A stretch of 64,000 nucleotides of DNA, the filler included. It is 12 parts of 12 records of this genome, joined end to end, with 100 filler letters (N's around TTAATTAATTAA, not from the genome) between each part and the next. Parts side by side here need not be neighbours in the genome. Positions count along the whole stretch, not along the records: positions 41,353 to 49,864 come from SRR7504441_6633; positions 49,965 to 53,640 come from SRR7504441_6638; positions 53,741 to 60,895 come from SRR7504441_6644; 9 more parts are not named here. One strand, written 5' to 3'. The translations under genes were made by a program, and so were the position numbers. Shown in pieces: positions 47,401 to 59,338 of the stretch. Numbering within the stretch: the stretch's first letter is position 1; every line of letters begins with the position of its first letter. Under the pieces are notes generated by a model. It saw only the letters and a program-made list of their open reading frames with translations, was not told the origin of the DNA and ran no database searches.

Positions 47401-49501
47401 GAGAAGTGTTGATTGCATGACTGAAGTCTGGAATGGCTCCTTGCCAGTCATTTGCTCGAGTCCGAAGAGTTGCTCGCAGCACCAACGCATCGCGAAGGTG
47501 GCCCAACCGTTTCCGGATCAAAATGTTAAGCTCCACAACAGCAGCACTTGCATCGCCTCTGGCTAAGTGCGTGACGATGCGGTTCCAAAGCAAACAAGCC
47601 TGCCAAATATTGTCGTCTTCAGCCAACTCACCTTCGGGTGCAGGTTGACACTCTGATACAAGGACGTGTATCCCGAGCAACGCCTCCTGAAATAAACCTA
47701 CTTGTCGCAGAATCCGTAATCGACACAGGCGTAAATGAGAAAGAACGGTAGCCTTCAGATCACCCTCTTCATAAGGATGGACTTTAGGCTCTATGATCGG
47801 TGCATTCTCATTAGGGAAGCACTTCCGAGCCGGGGGAAACTCGATTGGTCCGTTGGGAGCTGATGAAAGCCTGTTGATTGCAACAGTCAGCTGAACAAAA
47901 GCATCGCGCCAACGAGAGTTCACTCGAGGACGCCGGCGCTTCAAAACTCCCGAATACGAGGAGGCGGCTGTTGCCGACTTGACTGCTCTACAAAGTGGCG
48001 GGAGCCAGCCACATTTGCCCTCTTCATTTGCAGTGAGCCAATGCTTCTGGATTGTGACTCCTCCAAACACACTCAGAAAGCTATCAGCAAGATGCTGGTT
48101 CAGAAGATCAGTTGCGATGTCAACGACCTCTATACCCGGTGGATAGATCGCCACAATAAAATCTTTAGGCGGAGCAGCGAGAAGCTCGTCTAAAGTTGCA
48201 GCCTCGTGCGCAAGCACTGTGACTGAGTTTTGAGCCGAGACGTTCCCAGATAGGATCACAGCCTGTTCCTGAATGAGATCTGAAAGCCAGCTGGAAGTGC
48301 CCTCAAGTTCATCAACAAACCATGATGCGCCAGCTTGTTTTGCCTGAGGTTGATTGGCGAGGCGGCTTTGCATTGCTTGCTTGTCCCTCGCCATCAACGC
48401 GCGTAGCGTCTCCTCCATCTCAACGCAATATTCCTCGAAGTTCTGATTCATGTCAGACCATACCTGCGGTAGTGAGCACTGGGTAAAGCTGCGATCAACA
48501 ATATGGACCATCCGCATCAAACGACCAGCTCTTTTGACATCCTTGTCATTTGACTCGGTGTACTTCACCCATGTTGGCTTTCTCGGCCGGTGTGGTTTTA
48601 CCCGGCGATGGTTTGAGCTGGTGTGACACTCCGCCTTCTTAGACCGGTTCCTGCGCTGCGGGGCTCTCTTCCGCTTGTGCGCAATGGCCTTTGGTTTAGC
48701 GGTTGAGCCTTCAAGGGCTTGTGAGCCCTGCTGGATGTTTGAGCTAGGCTGGGTCAACTCTGGCTGGGCTGGGTCAAGCTGCTCCAACGAAAAGCTAACC
48801 GAACGAGCCAGCTGGTCCCCTTGATCAATCTCTTGCTGGCCCAGATGGGCCACGGAGGAGACTAGCTCAGGCTGCTCCGCTTCATCTTGGCCGCCCAAGG
48901 GCTTGCCATTCGAGGCGCCGTCAACCAGCTCACAGCTGTCACCAATCATGGCTCCGCGCTGGCACACTGCGCCCTCACTGGCTGGTTCAGCTGCCGCACT
49001 GCTAGGCGGCTGGGTGGGCGTGGCTGGCTCGCAGCTATCCTCGCCCACGGGGCCAGCTGGCTGCGTGTGGCCGGCCTGCCGGTGCCGCTTGAGCCGTTGG
49101 TGAGCCCGGCGGGTGCTCTGCTGGTACCCGAGCATTCGAGCCTCGAGCCGGGCCCGCAGATCGGCCAGCTGCTCGGCCGTCAGCGCGGCCTGGAGGAACC
49201 GGGGCACTTTAGCCTCCCCGCAGCTGGCCGCCCTCTCCAGAAGTCTGGCCGCGCACCGACCCAGGCACGACGACCGACGGGCCCGCCGTGGGGGGGCGGC
49301 GGGCGGGGCGGGCTTGAGCAGCGGGGTGGTCCGGTCCGGCAGCGCGGCCCCGGGCAGCATCGGCAGCACCCCGCCGAGTCTGCCGATGCATCCGGCCGGG
49401 CAGACTCGGCGGGGCGGCGGGGCGGCGTAGCGGGTCGGGTGTCGGCGGGCCAGAGCCGCCAGCTTCCACGACGGCCGGCCCCGCCGCACTGGCTCGCCCA
49501 T
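44432..49501 (-). CDS. Large TPR protein (TTC6-like); introns 47298-47341 and about 44591-44651
   Basis: Many TPR units (AFYNRGLAY, AFLNRGICL, AHFNRAVV). Confidence 0.8.
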
Positions 49502-49575
49502 GCCCCGCGCCCGGACGCATCGGCGTCACGTGCCCGCATGCTGTGACGCCCATTCGGTAAGTTCCGTTACTCCGC

Positions 49576-49864
49576 ATGGCAAGGGATCCCCCTGAGGTGG
49601 TGATGGAAGAGCGGCAAGATCGGCTGAGCATGCGGCAGAGCGGCTTCCTCGAGACGCCGCTCAACGACTGTGACGAGGGCGAGGAGCCCAACTGGTGCCA
49701 CATGGCGCGGGCCTGCTGCGCAACAACCAGGAACACCGGATGCGAATATGCGCGGGTGGACATTGACGAACTGGACCAGTTGTTCATGGAGAACTGGAGC
49801 CTGTGGCGCTGGCTGGTCAATTACGTGGCATCGTTCTGGATCGCGCTGGAGAACGTGCTCACGA
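49576..49864 (+). CDS. Hypothetical protein N-terminus (3' truncated)
   Basis: ATG ORF open to the spacer, just after a CCGTTA motif. Confidence 0.5.
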
Positions 49865-49964
49865 NNNNNNNNNNNNNNNNNNNNNNNNNNNNNNNNNNNN
49901 NNNNNNNNTTAATTAATTAANNNNNNNNNNNNNNNNNNNNNNNNNNNNNNNNNNNNNNNNNNNN

Positions 49965-50288
49965 CACTGCCCCGCATGGGTCGAATGTTTGAGCGTGGCC
50001 TCTGAGCAACATTCATCTCCGTTGTTCATCGTGCTCGAACTTCAGCTGCGCGAAACGCTTCAGGATGTTGCTCTGAGGCCGGGCGCCGGCGTACAGCTTG
50101 ACGAGGCACTGCCGCCCGACCAACACCTACAGTACGCCTCGCTAAACACCAACCGGTTGAGTCTGGTTGCGACCTATGAGGCGGATGGAGCTTTATTTAT
50201 CAACAACCCGAGACCCTTCTTAACCAAGTATGCCGAGCGTACCGGCCGGCATTTCGCGGTGAACGCCAAAGAGCGCGGGTTGCGATGA
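49965..50288 (+). CDS. Hypothetical protein C-terminus (5' truncated)
   Basis: Protein-like open frame ending KERGLR*. Confidence 0.4.
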   Translation, partial: HCPAWVECLSVASEQHSSPLFIVLELQLRETLQDVALRPGAGVQLDEALPPDQHLQYASLNTNRLSLVATYEADGALFINNPRPFLTKYAERTGRHFAVNAKERGLR

Positions 50289-50357
50289 ACACTGGTAAAA
50301 ATCACGGTGGCTTAGCTCTGGCTCACACGTCCTGAAGTGACGTTGACAAATCTCCTA

Positions 50358-51791
50358 ATGCCGGCCGAGGAGTTGGAGCGTCAACTGCTCGAGCTGTTCG
50401 AGGCGAATGCCCCGGTGGCTGGCTGGCCCTCGACCGCCGGCCTGGACCAATCACGGCTGATCGAAGCAGTGCCGCCGGTGGGGCTGGCTGGCTGGCGCTG
50501 GCGGCTGTCGCTGGCAGCGGTGCTCGAGGGCCCTGTCCAAAAGCTGGCGGCCCAGCAGGCGGCCCGATGCCTCCAGTGGAGCATGCTCGCCGCGCTCCCC
50601 CCGGCCGCCGCCACCGGGCTGCCGGCCCTCGCCCAGCCGGCCTGTGTCTCGATGCCGGCGCGGCTGGTCCTCGCGGGCGGGTGGACCGACACCCCCCCGA
50701 TCTGCCTGGAGCGCGGGGGAGCGGTCACCAACCTGGCGGTCCAGGTCAACGGCCAGCTGCCCATCCGAGCCACCGCCAGTCGGCTCGTAGGCCAGCCGGT
50801 GGTGCGGGTGGTTTCGGACGCGGGCGAGCTGGAGATCGACGACTGGGCTGGGCTGCTCGGCTACGAGGCCGGGCCGGTGTCGCTGCTCCGGGCGGCCGTC
50901 GCGTTCAAGCTCTGCCCGCGCCCGCTGCTGCTCGAGTACTGCAGGATCGGCGCGCACTGTGCCGTGGAGTCCACAGTGGCCGAGGAGCGCCAGGCGCTGC
51001 TAGATGCAGCCGGCGGGTTCGCGGAGCGAGTGCTGGGCGGGCAAGACGGGATAGAGCTAAGGACTAGAGTCGAGCTGCCGATCGGGTCCGGGCTGGGCAC
51101 CTCGTCGCTGCTGGTGGCGGCCGTGTTCAAGGCGCTCGATCAGGTGCGAGGGCTGCCGGACGAGCCGGTCGAGGCTTGTGCGAACGGGGTGCTCAGCGTG
51201 GAGCAGATGAATGGCACCGGCGGGGGCTGGCAGGACCAGATAGGTGGGCTGGTGCCCGGGGTGAAGTGCACGCACCACCCGGCCGGCGAGCTGTGCCCGG
51301 CGTACATCGTGGACCGGATCCAACCGACCGAATTGCTCGCTGAGCTGATGGCAGGGCTGGTGGTGGTGTACACAGGGATCACACGGCAGGCCAAGACGGT
51401 CAATGCCAATGTGGTGGCGCTATTCGGGCTGCACAAGCCGGGCGTCCGCGAGATACTCGATCGGATCCACCAGAACGCGCTCGACATGTTCGAGGCGTTT
51501 GAGCAGCTTGAGACGGCCGGTGTGGGTGAGACCAAGCGGAGGCTCGGCGAGTTGCTAGAGAGAGACATGGAGCAGTACCGCGAGCTGGACGGCCGGAGCA
51601 TCTTCAACAGCCAGATCGACCAGATGCTCCGCGGGCTGGGAGAGCACTTGACCGGGGCCAAGCTGGTTGGGTCAGGCGGCGGCGGGTTCATCGTGGGTTG
51701 GCTCAAGGAGGGCAAGCAACGGGAGCTGGTGGAAGCCACGATCGAGGCCCAGTTCCCCGGGGCCAAGGCTTACCGCATGACGCTCGCCTAG
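50358..51791 (+). CDS. L-fucokinase-like GHMP kinase (N-terminal domain apparently missing)
   Basis: PARLVLAGGWTDTPP, LPIGSGLGTSS, EQMNGTGGGWQDQIGG, GSGGGGF. Confidence 0.85.
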   Translation: MPAEELERQLLELFEANAPVAGWPSTAGLDQSRLIEAVPPVGLAGWRWRLSLAAVLEGPVQKLAAQQAARCLQWSMLAALPPAAATGLPALAQPACVSMPARLVLAGGWTDTPPICLERGGAVTNLAVQVNGQLPIRATASRLVGQPVVRVVSDAGELEIDDWAGLLGYEAGPVSLLRAAVAFKLCPRPLLLEYCRIGAHCAVESTVAEERQALLDAAGGFAERVLGGQDGIELRTRVELPIGSGLGTSSLLVAAVFKALDQVRGLPDEPVEACANGVLSVEQMNGTGGGWQDQIGGLVPGVKCTHHPAGELCPAYIVDRIQPTELLAELMAGLVVVYTGITRQAKTVNANVVALFGLHKPGVREILDRIHQNALDMFEAFEQLETAGVGETKRRLGELLERDMEQYRELDGRSIFNSQIDQMLRGLGEHLTGAKLVGSGGGGFIVGWLKEGKQRELVEATIEAQFPGAKAYRMTLA

Positions 51792-52154
51792 CTTAGCCTC
51801 GCATGCATTAAAAGTGGTGCACCATTTGCGCATTCGTAACGATTGCATGTCCTGTGGTTGGGCTTTGTGGGGTTGGGCACGTATATATACGTAGGGGGCT
51901 TTGTGGGGGAATTTAGCACGGAGCCCCGGGCCCTCGGGTCAAATGGTGGGCCTAGCCGGGGTTTGGACCGCCGGGGCGCGTAGGGCGCGCGCATAGCGCG
52001 CGCACGGGCGCGCCAAAGACGGCCAAAATTGGGGGGCTCGTGAGCCGGGGGTAAGCCGGGGGAAACCCTGATCATGATTAATTGATTCAATGATTGTAGG
52101 TACTCGTCCGAGTGCCATGCCTAGCCATGCCTAAGGTCCGCTTCTATTCGCTAC

Positions 52155-53192
52155 CTACATGTACTCATGATCATGGATGTCATGGCCCTTGGCGAGTGCC
52201 TGCTGCTCAACGTCTGCATCGACCTCGTCAACCGACCCGATTCTGGATAGTAACGGCGCTACTAGCTTGGGTGTACCGATTGAGAGCCGCTCCTCCCAAG
52301 CTTTCGCTTCGTCCTCTTCCCATATCAATCCCATTTGGGCTGTGATTTCATCCAAACTCTTCAAACCATCGGGAGTACGAGAGCTGAATGCGACTGCGAT
52401 TGCGTCCATCATCCTGCCGCCTAGCGCTTTCTTACTGGTGCCATTGCTCCGCCAGCCGTCCACAAGCGGAGCCGCGAGGTAGAATACACAGGTGAGCGAG
52501 GCCAGGAAGCACCAACTGCTCGCCCACTCGTCGCCCAGCCGCCACATCAGCCCGGCTACTGCGATCGGGCCAACAACAACCAGGAACCAGTGCGCGAAGT
52601 CGGGCGCCGGTTCCCTTAGCGGCGCCATGCTCGTGACCCTGACATAGCCCGCCCACATGGCCCATTTGAATAAGCTCGGGTGGACTGTCTCTGCCAGAGC
52701 GCTCGGAGTTGGTACTATCACCATCGGCCAGATCTGATGCCCGTGCGGCCCCTGCACGGTGCACACGCGCGCCCACCAGCCCATTGCCATCGACAGCGCC
52801 ATCACGGTCGGCCAGAAGACAGACCATGCCTGGCACGTCGCCACCGCGCACTCTACGCCCTTCCGATACTTGGTCGCCAGCCGGGCTCTAGGCCGAGCAC
52901 TGGCTGCGGCGTGCACGCCCTGCCAGCACCGGAGTGCGAGCCCGGCCGGGACTGCATGCACCACAACCGCCACCACCATCGAGAGCGTCTTATTGGATCG
53001 GCGGCAGCTGGTGGGCGTGTCCGCAGGGTCCATCACCGACCACAGTCCGGCCTGCAGCGCCTCCTGTAGAACGATCGGGATGTGCCCGCGCGCATGACGC
53101 CGGTCGTTCAGCCGGTTTCGCCACCAGCAGAACAGCAACACCGCCGCCTCAGCCGCCGCAAACCCACCCGCCGCCGTGGCGCTCCAGCACAT
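52155..53192 (-). CDS. Multi-pass membrane protein with MCWS N-terminus
   Basis: MCWSATAA...LQEALQAGLW...GPHGHQIW...EWASSWCF; several TM segments. Confidence 0.65.
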   Translation of the reverse strand: MCWSATAAGGFAAAEAAVLLFCWWRNRLNDRRHARGHIPIVLQEALQAGLWSVMDPADTPTSCRRSNKTLSMVVAVVVHAVPAGLALRCWQGVHAAASARPRARLATKYRKGVECAVATCQAWSVFWPTVMALSMAMGWWARVCTVQGPHGHQIWPMVIVPTPSALAETVHPSLFKWAMWAGYVRVTSMAPLREPAPDFAHWFLVVVGPIAVAGLMWRLGDEWASSWCFLASLTCVFYLAAPLVDGWRSNGTSKKALGGRMMDAIAVAFSSRTPDGLKSLDEITAQMGLIWEEDEAKAWEERLSIGTPKLVAPLLSRIGSVDEVDADVEQQALAKGHDIHDHEYM

Positions 53193-54022
53193 CGATTGAG
53201 CACCCTGAATGCGAACGGCCGAATTAACGGATAACGGCAGTCGGCATGCCGCGATGCGTGCTTGGGCTGCTGGACCGCGGGGTGATCGGCTGTTGGGAGA
53301 GCTGCTGCCGGCCGCCCGAGCAGTCGATTGAGGCACTCGGGCTGCAGACGGGCGACGCACTGCTATTCCGGGGGAGCGTTGCCGCGCGGAACCCCGGGCT
53401 GCAGGCGCTGACTACTTGCCCCTGGTAGAGCTGTTGTAACCCGCTTGGATTAGTGTTGTTGTTGGTATTTGTTGTACAGTCCCGAATAATGATCGAGGAG
53501 ACCTTTGAAGGCGGCATCATTGCATTCTGCGCGGCTCTTTTTCAGAGGATAACGGGGTATTTTTTCTGGAAATATTTGTTCAGAAAGTACCCACGTACGC
53601 GCAAGGGTTCATATCTGCGTGGCGCAACCGTCAGCGCATCNNNNNNNNNNNNNNNNNNNNNNNNNNNNNNNNNNNNNNNNNNNNTTAATTAATTAANNNN
53701 NNNNNNNNNNNNNNNNNNNNNNNNNNNNNNNNNNNNNNNNGAACGTGCCCACACTCGGGGGCGTGCTCCGGATCTGCCGTCGATGCAACAGAGTCGATTA
53801 TAATGTTAGTTGATGGGTCCACCCGACAGTCACTTCGATTGTGACACATAGAGGTCCAAACTATAGTTGATACACTCTCTATACAATCATGTATGTCTAG
53901 TAACAATAGTAAGTAGTCTAAGAACTCATACGAGTACAAGTGAACGGTACTCAATCCGGGTATGAGAATTGGTCGTGAATTCTGTTCCGCCCAATCAGCA
54001 GCAAGTGCATCAAGCAGTATGT

Positions 54023-54889
54023 CTAGTAGAACCGCGTCAGCCGGATCCTGCGGGTGTCCTCCTCGTCCTTGGTAGCTATCCCTGCCCGGAGCAGCAGCTC
54101 AACACTCTCTGGACTCGCGTTGTGTGCTGTGAGCAGCAGCCACGGCTCATCCGGCCGGGTGACCGCCCTGTTCATCAGGTCCTGCAGCAGCTCCTTCACA
54201 CCGTGCGTCTGGCCGTCCTGGCTCGGGTAGTATCTATCTAGAAAGCTTGAGAGCTTGCCCATCAGCATCTTGTTGGTCTGCTGCAGCGCAGATCCCCTAT
54301 CCTCCAGAGCCTGCGCCCGCCCCGCCGCCCCGCCAGACTTTGGCCGCGCCGGCTCCGTCGCCAGCCGATCCTTGAGTGCAGCTCCCAGCGCCCGCCGATC
54401 TTCCAGCAGCGCGCTCTGGGATGCGGCGGACTGGCGGTTCTTGGCGGTGGCCTCGGTCAGCTGGGCCACGGTGGCGTCCAGATCGGAGATGTTGTGCATC
54501 ACGTCCTCCAGCGTGCTCCCCAGAATCCCGGTCGGGGTAAGATCCACCTCGTCCGCCGTCACGCCCGCCTGGAGCTGGGAGAGCTCCGCCTTCAGCGCCT
54601 CCTCGCGCGAGCGCAGCACCGCCAGCCGGGTGCTCCCCGTGATATTGGCCGCCGTGGTCGGCTCCCCCTCCGCCACCCCCGCGTGTGCCGCGGCCAGCGC
54701 CGCGCTTTGGCTGTCGCACTTTTGGTCCAGTCGCCGGATGGCCTCGTCGGCGTCAGGTTCGCTCCAGGCCCGCCGCTGCTCCTCGAAGAAGCGCAGCTCG
54801 TTCTGGAGCCGCTCGGCGGTGCTGGCGAGCTCGGCCGCCCGCCGATTGGTCGCGGTCCGCCGCTTGACCCGATCCTGTGTCCCGAGCAT
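54023..54889 (-). CDS. CENPK: Centromere protein K
   Basis: Coiled coil then FLDRYYP..LLQDLMNR..DEPWL..VELLLRAGIATKDEEDTRRIRL, matching the CENP-K C-terminal pattern. Confidence 0.75.
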   Translation of the reverse strand: MLGTQDRVKRRTATNRRAAELASTAERLQNELRFFEEQRRAWSEPDADEAIRRLDQKCDSQSAALAAAHAGVAEGEPTTAANITGSTRLAVLRSREEALKAELSQLQAGVTADEVDLTPTGILGSTLEDVMHNISDLDATVAQLTEATAKNRQSAASQSALLEDRRALGAALKDRLATEPARPKSGGAAGRAQALEDRGSALQQTNKMLMGKLSSFLDRYYPSQDGQTHGVKELLQDLMNRAVTRPDEPWLLLTAHNASPESVELLLRAGIATKDEEDTRRIRLTRFY

Positions 54890-55109
54890 CGCGTTCACTG
54901 CTCGGTGGCCCAGCTCGAGTGCCTGGCCGAGCTTGAATTGGCCAACGGAATCGAAGTGAATGAAACGAGTGCGAATCTTCTGACTCGTGCAACGATGGCT
55001 CAATTGATACGAATACATAATATATTTATGGTATATACGCGCTGCTCTAAGCATTCATGAGCTAAGGATGAGCGATGTGTAGGTTGTATGCTAGTTGTAT
55101 GCTTGTGCG

Positions 55110-55993
55110 TTACCGCTTCTTGCGCTTGCCGCTTGCCGTTGCAGCTGGCGCGGGCCGCTTTGCCACGGCCGCCTTCTTGTCAGCGCACCGGTTGAAGGTG
55201 AGCGTTGTCTGGTCGGCTGGTCCGACCAGCCTGTACTCCGCCGCGCCTGCCTGCGCCGCAGTCCAACTTGCAAACTGTTGCAGTTGATCTGGTGTCTTAA
55301 CAACCTCTTGAGCCATGAAACGACAGAACATCCCGCGGGCCTGCTTGGCGTACACAGACGGCCCGGGGAACTTGATCGTGTACACCTCGCACCCGAGCGC
55401 ATCCTTGTGCTTGCCCACCGCACTCCAGTATTCCTCGCTCGCTACATTCACCACAAACCTCTCAGGCGCTGGCAGCTCCGCCACCCGCCCAGCCAGCTCG
55501 GCTGCGATTGCCTCGCCCCAGAACGCGTACAGCGAGCCGCCCCGGTCGGTCTTGAGCTTGGTGCCCATCTCCAGCCTGTACGGCCGGATGGCGTCTGCAC
55601 GGCACCTTCAGCCGCCGGCGGGCAGCGGGTCGCACCACGCGGTCGGAGGCAGCCATAGAGGCCGGAGAGCGTGACGATGCTCGCGTCGGCGTACTCGAGC
55701 GCTTCGGGGCTCAGCGAGGCCGGATCGAACGCCTTGTGCGCCGGTCCGTCAAACGCGAAGGCGGCGGGCAGCCGGGGCTGGTCGTTGAAACCCTGGAACC
55801 GGTCGTGGTTGAGCTTGGCCAAAGGGTCCGAGATGGACATGAGCGTCTTGAGCTCGGCCTTGGAGAGCTGCTTGCAACGGTCCACCAGGGTTGCCGTCTC
55901 GGCCCGGTCGAACGGGGGCTCAGTGAGCTGGATGCCCCCGAAGTCGCTCTTCTCGTCCAGCGACTTGGCCGGCGAGAGCACCGCCAGCGGCAT
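55110..55993 (-). CDS. yaaA: Peroxide-stress protein YaaA (UPF0246); intron 55595-55635
   Basis: [52 protein letters not shown]. Confidence 0.92.
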
Positions 55994-56141
55994 GGAAGCC
56001 GGGACCGATCGGCCGAACTGGCGGCAGAGCCGGGTCGGGCTGAACACGGGTCGGCGCACGAGCAGCGTGGCTGCACCCCGAGGTAGCCCGGATGTCCGTT
56101 ATTCGTAACAACTCACATGGCCGCCGCCCACTGAGAGCTGA

Positions 56142-59090
56142 ATGGCTCCGATTGACCCCGTGGCCTCGCCGGAGCCGGGCCAATCGTTGTTCACCGGGCA
56201 GGAGGGGCCGGCTGACGCGTCATCGCAGGCTGCCGAGGCCCGGCCTTGCCCGGCGCTTGAGCGGGCAACTACCAGCCCTGACGCGGCCACGGATGCCCCG
56301 GGCTCGGAGGAGGTGCCGGACCTGCGGTACACCCTCAGCCCGGGGCTTTCGTCGCCCCGTCGAAGCTCCATCGGGCATGTGCCGGCCCAACTGGCCCTCG
56401 AGAACATAGGGAAGTCAAGTCTGTTCTGGCTGCGCTCGGCCACCTACATCGCTAACCTGTTGTGGCTGGCCGGATTCTTGATCATGGTGCTTTGCTACCC
56501 TCCGGATACAGAGGCCTGGTCAGTGCGCGGCCGGGCATGCGAGTGAGTGCCGGGGGCAGGGGGTATATTTTCAATGTGTACACGGCGCCTGTCCTGGCTA
56601 TGGGGTGGGCCTGCCACCTGCTGTTCGAGGCGAAGCACTGGGAGCACGACAGCCACTATGAGATGACCTGTGTCCGTTGTACCTGGATGACTGAGCCCAC
56701 TGCCAATACTTGCTCCGCCTGGTTCAGGTTGCTGTCCTGGATTGTGATCGTGGCTTCCACGGGACTCGTGGGCGCGACGTGGTATATCCTGCTGGACTGT
56801 GGTTACGGTAGCTGGACCGATCACGATTGCGACCATGACCACGAGTTTATGTGGGGCACGTTGATCTGGGTAGGGAAGGAGGTAGGCACCTGGGGCGCCT
56901 GGATGCTCATCCAGCTAGCGATTGTCTTCCAGTCCGCGTTCGAGCAAAAGGTGCCTCACAGCCCAACCGGTGGACCGAGCCGTGTGTCAGGAGAAGGTGC
57001 CTTTATATCGATACGTTCTGAACACGAGCCTGGCGATAGCGGTGAGCGTGCTCCATTTCGTAGTGCTGATAGAGTGCCCGAACGTGATCTTTGACATGGT
57101 TGAGGATGGCGATTCGACTGAATCGTTCGGGTGCCCGTGCAGCCCGACTTGTTCTGAGTCGGGTTGGCAGATCGGGCCTGGACTGTGATAAATACGTGGT
57201 CCCGTTCTCGACCCTTAAGATGATGCAGTACATTCTCCTGCTGTTTTGCGTGTTTTGGATGTACATGGTCGAACCGATGGGCTCCAAGGACCCAAACGCT
57301 TGCTTCGCGACGCCTGGGAAGGAGACGCACTGGGCCTATCTGCTCGGGCAGTACACTCTCTTTGGGTTTGCGCCCTATTTGCTGACCACAATTGTCGTAT
57401 GGATTATGCATTTTGGTATGCATGACAACAAGCAAGCCCTGCAACGGTCCTACATATGTACTCACTCGCTGCTGTGGGTGATGACCCTCAACGTCTTGCT
57501 GTTTGGATTTCTCCCAGCTCAAACCAGGTCTGCACAGGCTCAATGGGTTGTTGGCGCTGACTGTGTACAGGCAATTCTACTGCATCCGGCTGAACCATGC
57601 CGGCCGGCTCCCAGCTGACGTGATCGACTGGGAAAAGGTCCGACCCCACAGCGACGCCGCCGCAAGCCAGTGGTCAGGTCCATTATGCCTTTCTGTTCGC
57701 GTGGGACGTCTACTATGACAACCCGGACCGACCGGAGCCCTCGGATTCTGCATTTGGGTACATGGAGTGGAACCGCAGAGGCCTCTCCCAGACTGGTAGC
57801 CTGCTTTAGCTTGGCGGAATCTGAACTGGATGATAGGTCAGGCAATCTACTTTGTCAATAACGATGAAACGGATACACACGGTATGCTGACTCTGACCGA
57901 AGACGGATGTCTAATTCTATCGTTCCGGGGGACGGGAAGTATCAAAAACCTCAAAACTGATTGCAGCATCAAGCGAAGCAAGGTGTTGCTGGATGAGACA
58001 GAGGGGCTTATATTCAAAGACCTATTCAATGAGGAGGATGGGGTGCATGACGAATGGGACGAGAAAGCGAATCAGTCGGTGTTTGCGGGGATGGCTGAGC
58101 TGAGAGCTGTCATGGGAGGCGCTAGGGTCCACTACGGGTTCGCCAAGGCGTGGCGAGGAATTCGCAAACAGATCAAAGAGTGCTATGCCCAGATCTGCGC
58201 CACACATGAGATCAACACTGTGATCTTCACCGGGCATTCCCTGGGAGGGGCGCTCGCAAATCTGTGCGCCCTTGAGATCAGTCATCTTGACAAGTGCCAA
58301 CGCAGGCACACATCGGATCAGGTCTCGCTTTGATTGGGCGCTGGCTGACACGGATGTTGGCAGATGTGGCTGATTACGTTTGGTGCTCCACGAGGTGCTC
58401 ACAGCTTGCCTGGCGCCACTGAGTGCATTTGACAGTTGGAAACCACGAATTCGCTACTTTAATGCAGACCACGCTAAAGAGGACCCAGTGCTTAAGGCAA
58501 TCGCCGTGCTGACTATATGTGACTGCGCTTTCTGCAGGTTTGTCTACCAAGGCGACTTTATCTCTGGTGTACCGAAGCTTTGCTGCATGTTCAAGCATGT
58601 TGGGATTCAAGTTGAAGTGAACAACGAGGGCATTATTACGTGGGATCCGAACCCGATCGAACTGAGCTTCCTTCTGACCAACAGCAAGGCCTCTTCGCAT
58701 AGCATGTATGCATATCAAGCGGCGATCGAGAGTTGTGTGTGCCAACATTGTGAAGGTTACAAGGCTGTATTTGACCGTTACGAGCACGATGATAGAGAAC
58801 TGTTGCAAGATATGCCCGAACCGTTCGAGCACGAGATGGTAGAGCCACACACGCCAATGAATGGCGCTCACCCAGCCCCACAGTGCTGCGTGTCCTGCGG
58901 AAAGAGGCTAACCTCATCTGAGTTGGAGGACGTTGTATTTGGATCGGCACAGGGTGGACTGACACGCACGGAATCTCTACGCCAATCTGTGATACATGCT
59001 CGAGCATCGGTGGGTGTAGGGAGAGCTGTAGTGTGTGGGAAATGCGAACAAGCCCAAATACAAAGGGCATACTCGATCTGCCAGAGTTAG
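56142..59090 (+). CDS. Multi-TM class-3 lipase, about 8 introns
   Basis: ILSFRGT, VHYGF, FTGHSLGGALA, ITFGAPR, FKHVG, HSMYAY; N-terminal TM helices. Confidence 0.85.
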
Positions 59091-59338
59091 CTACATGTAC
59101 ATGATAGCGTCATGATTGTAATTGTTGGTGAGCTGTCGAGATCGTACAAATATAATGAAGAATGTCACGCTCATTCGATTTTCAATCGCACAATCGTACA
59201 GTATGTGCAATCACATTCATCCCAGGTGCCGTTTATTCAAAACTTTAGAACAAGTGAATCGAACTCATCCTTAAATTTTATACAATAATTATACAGTAAG
59301 TACGAGTACAACAACCTTTTTTTATACTTCATTTCAGT

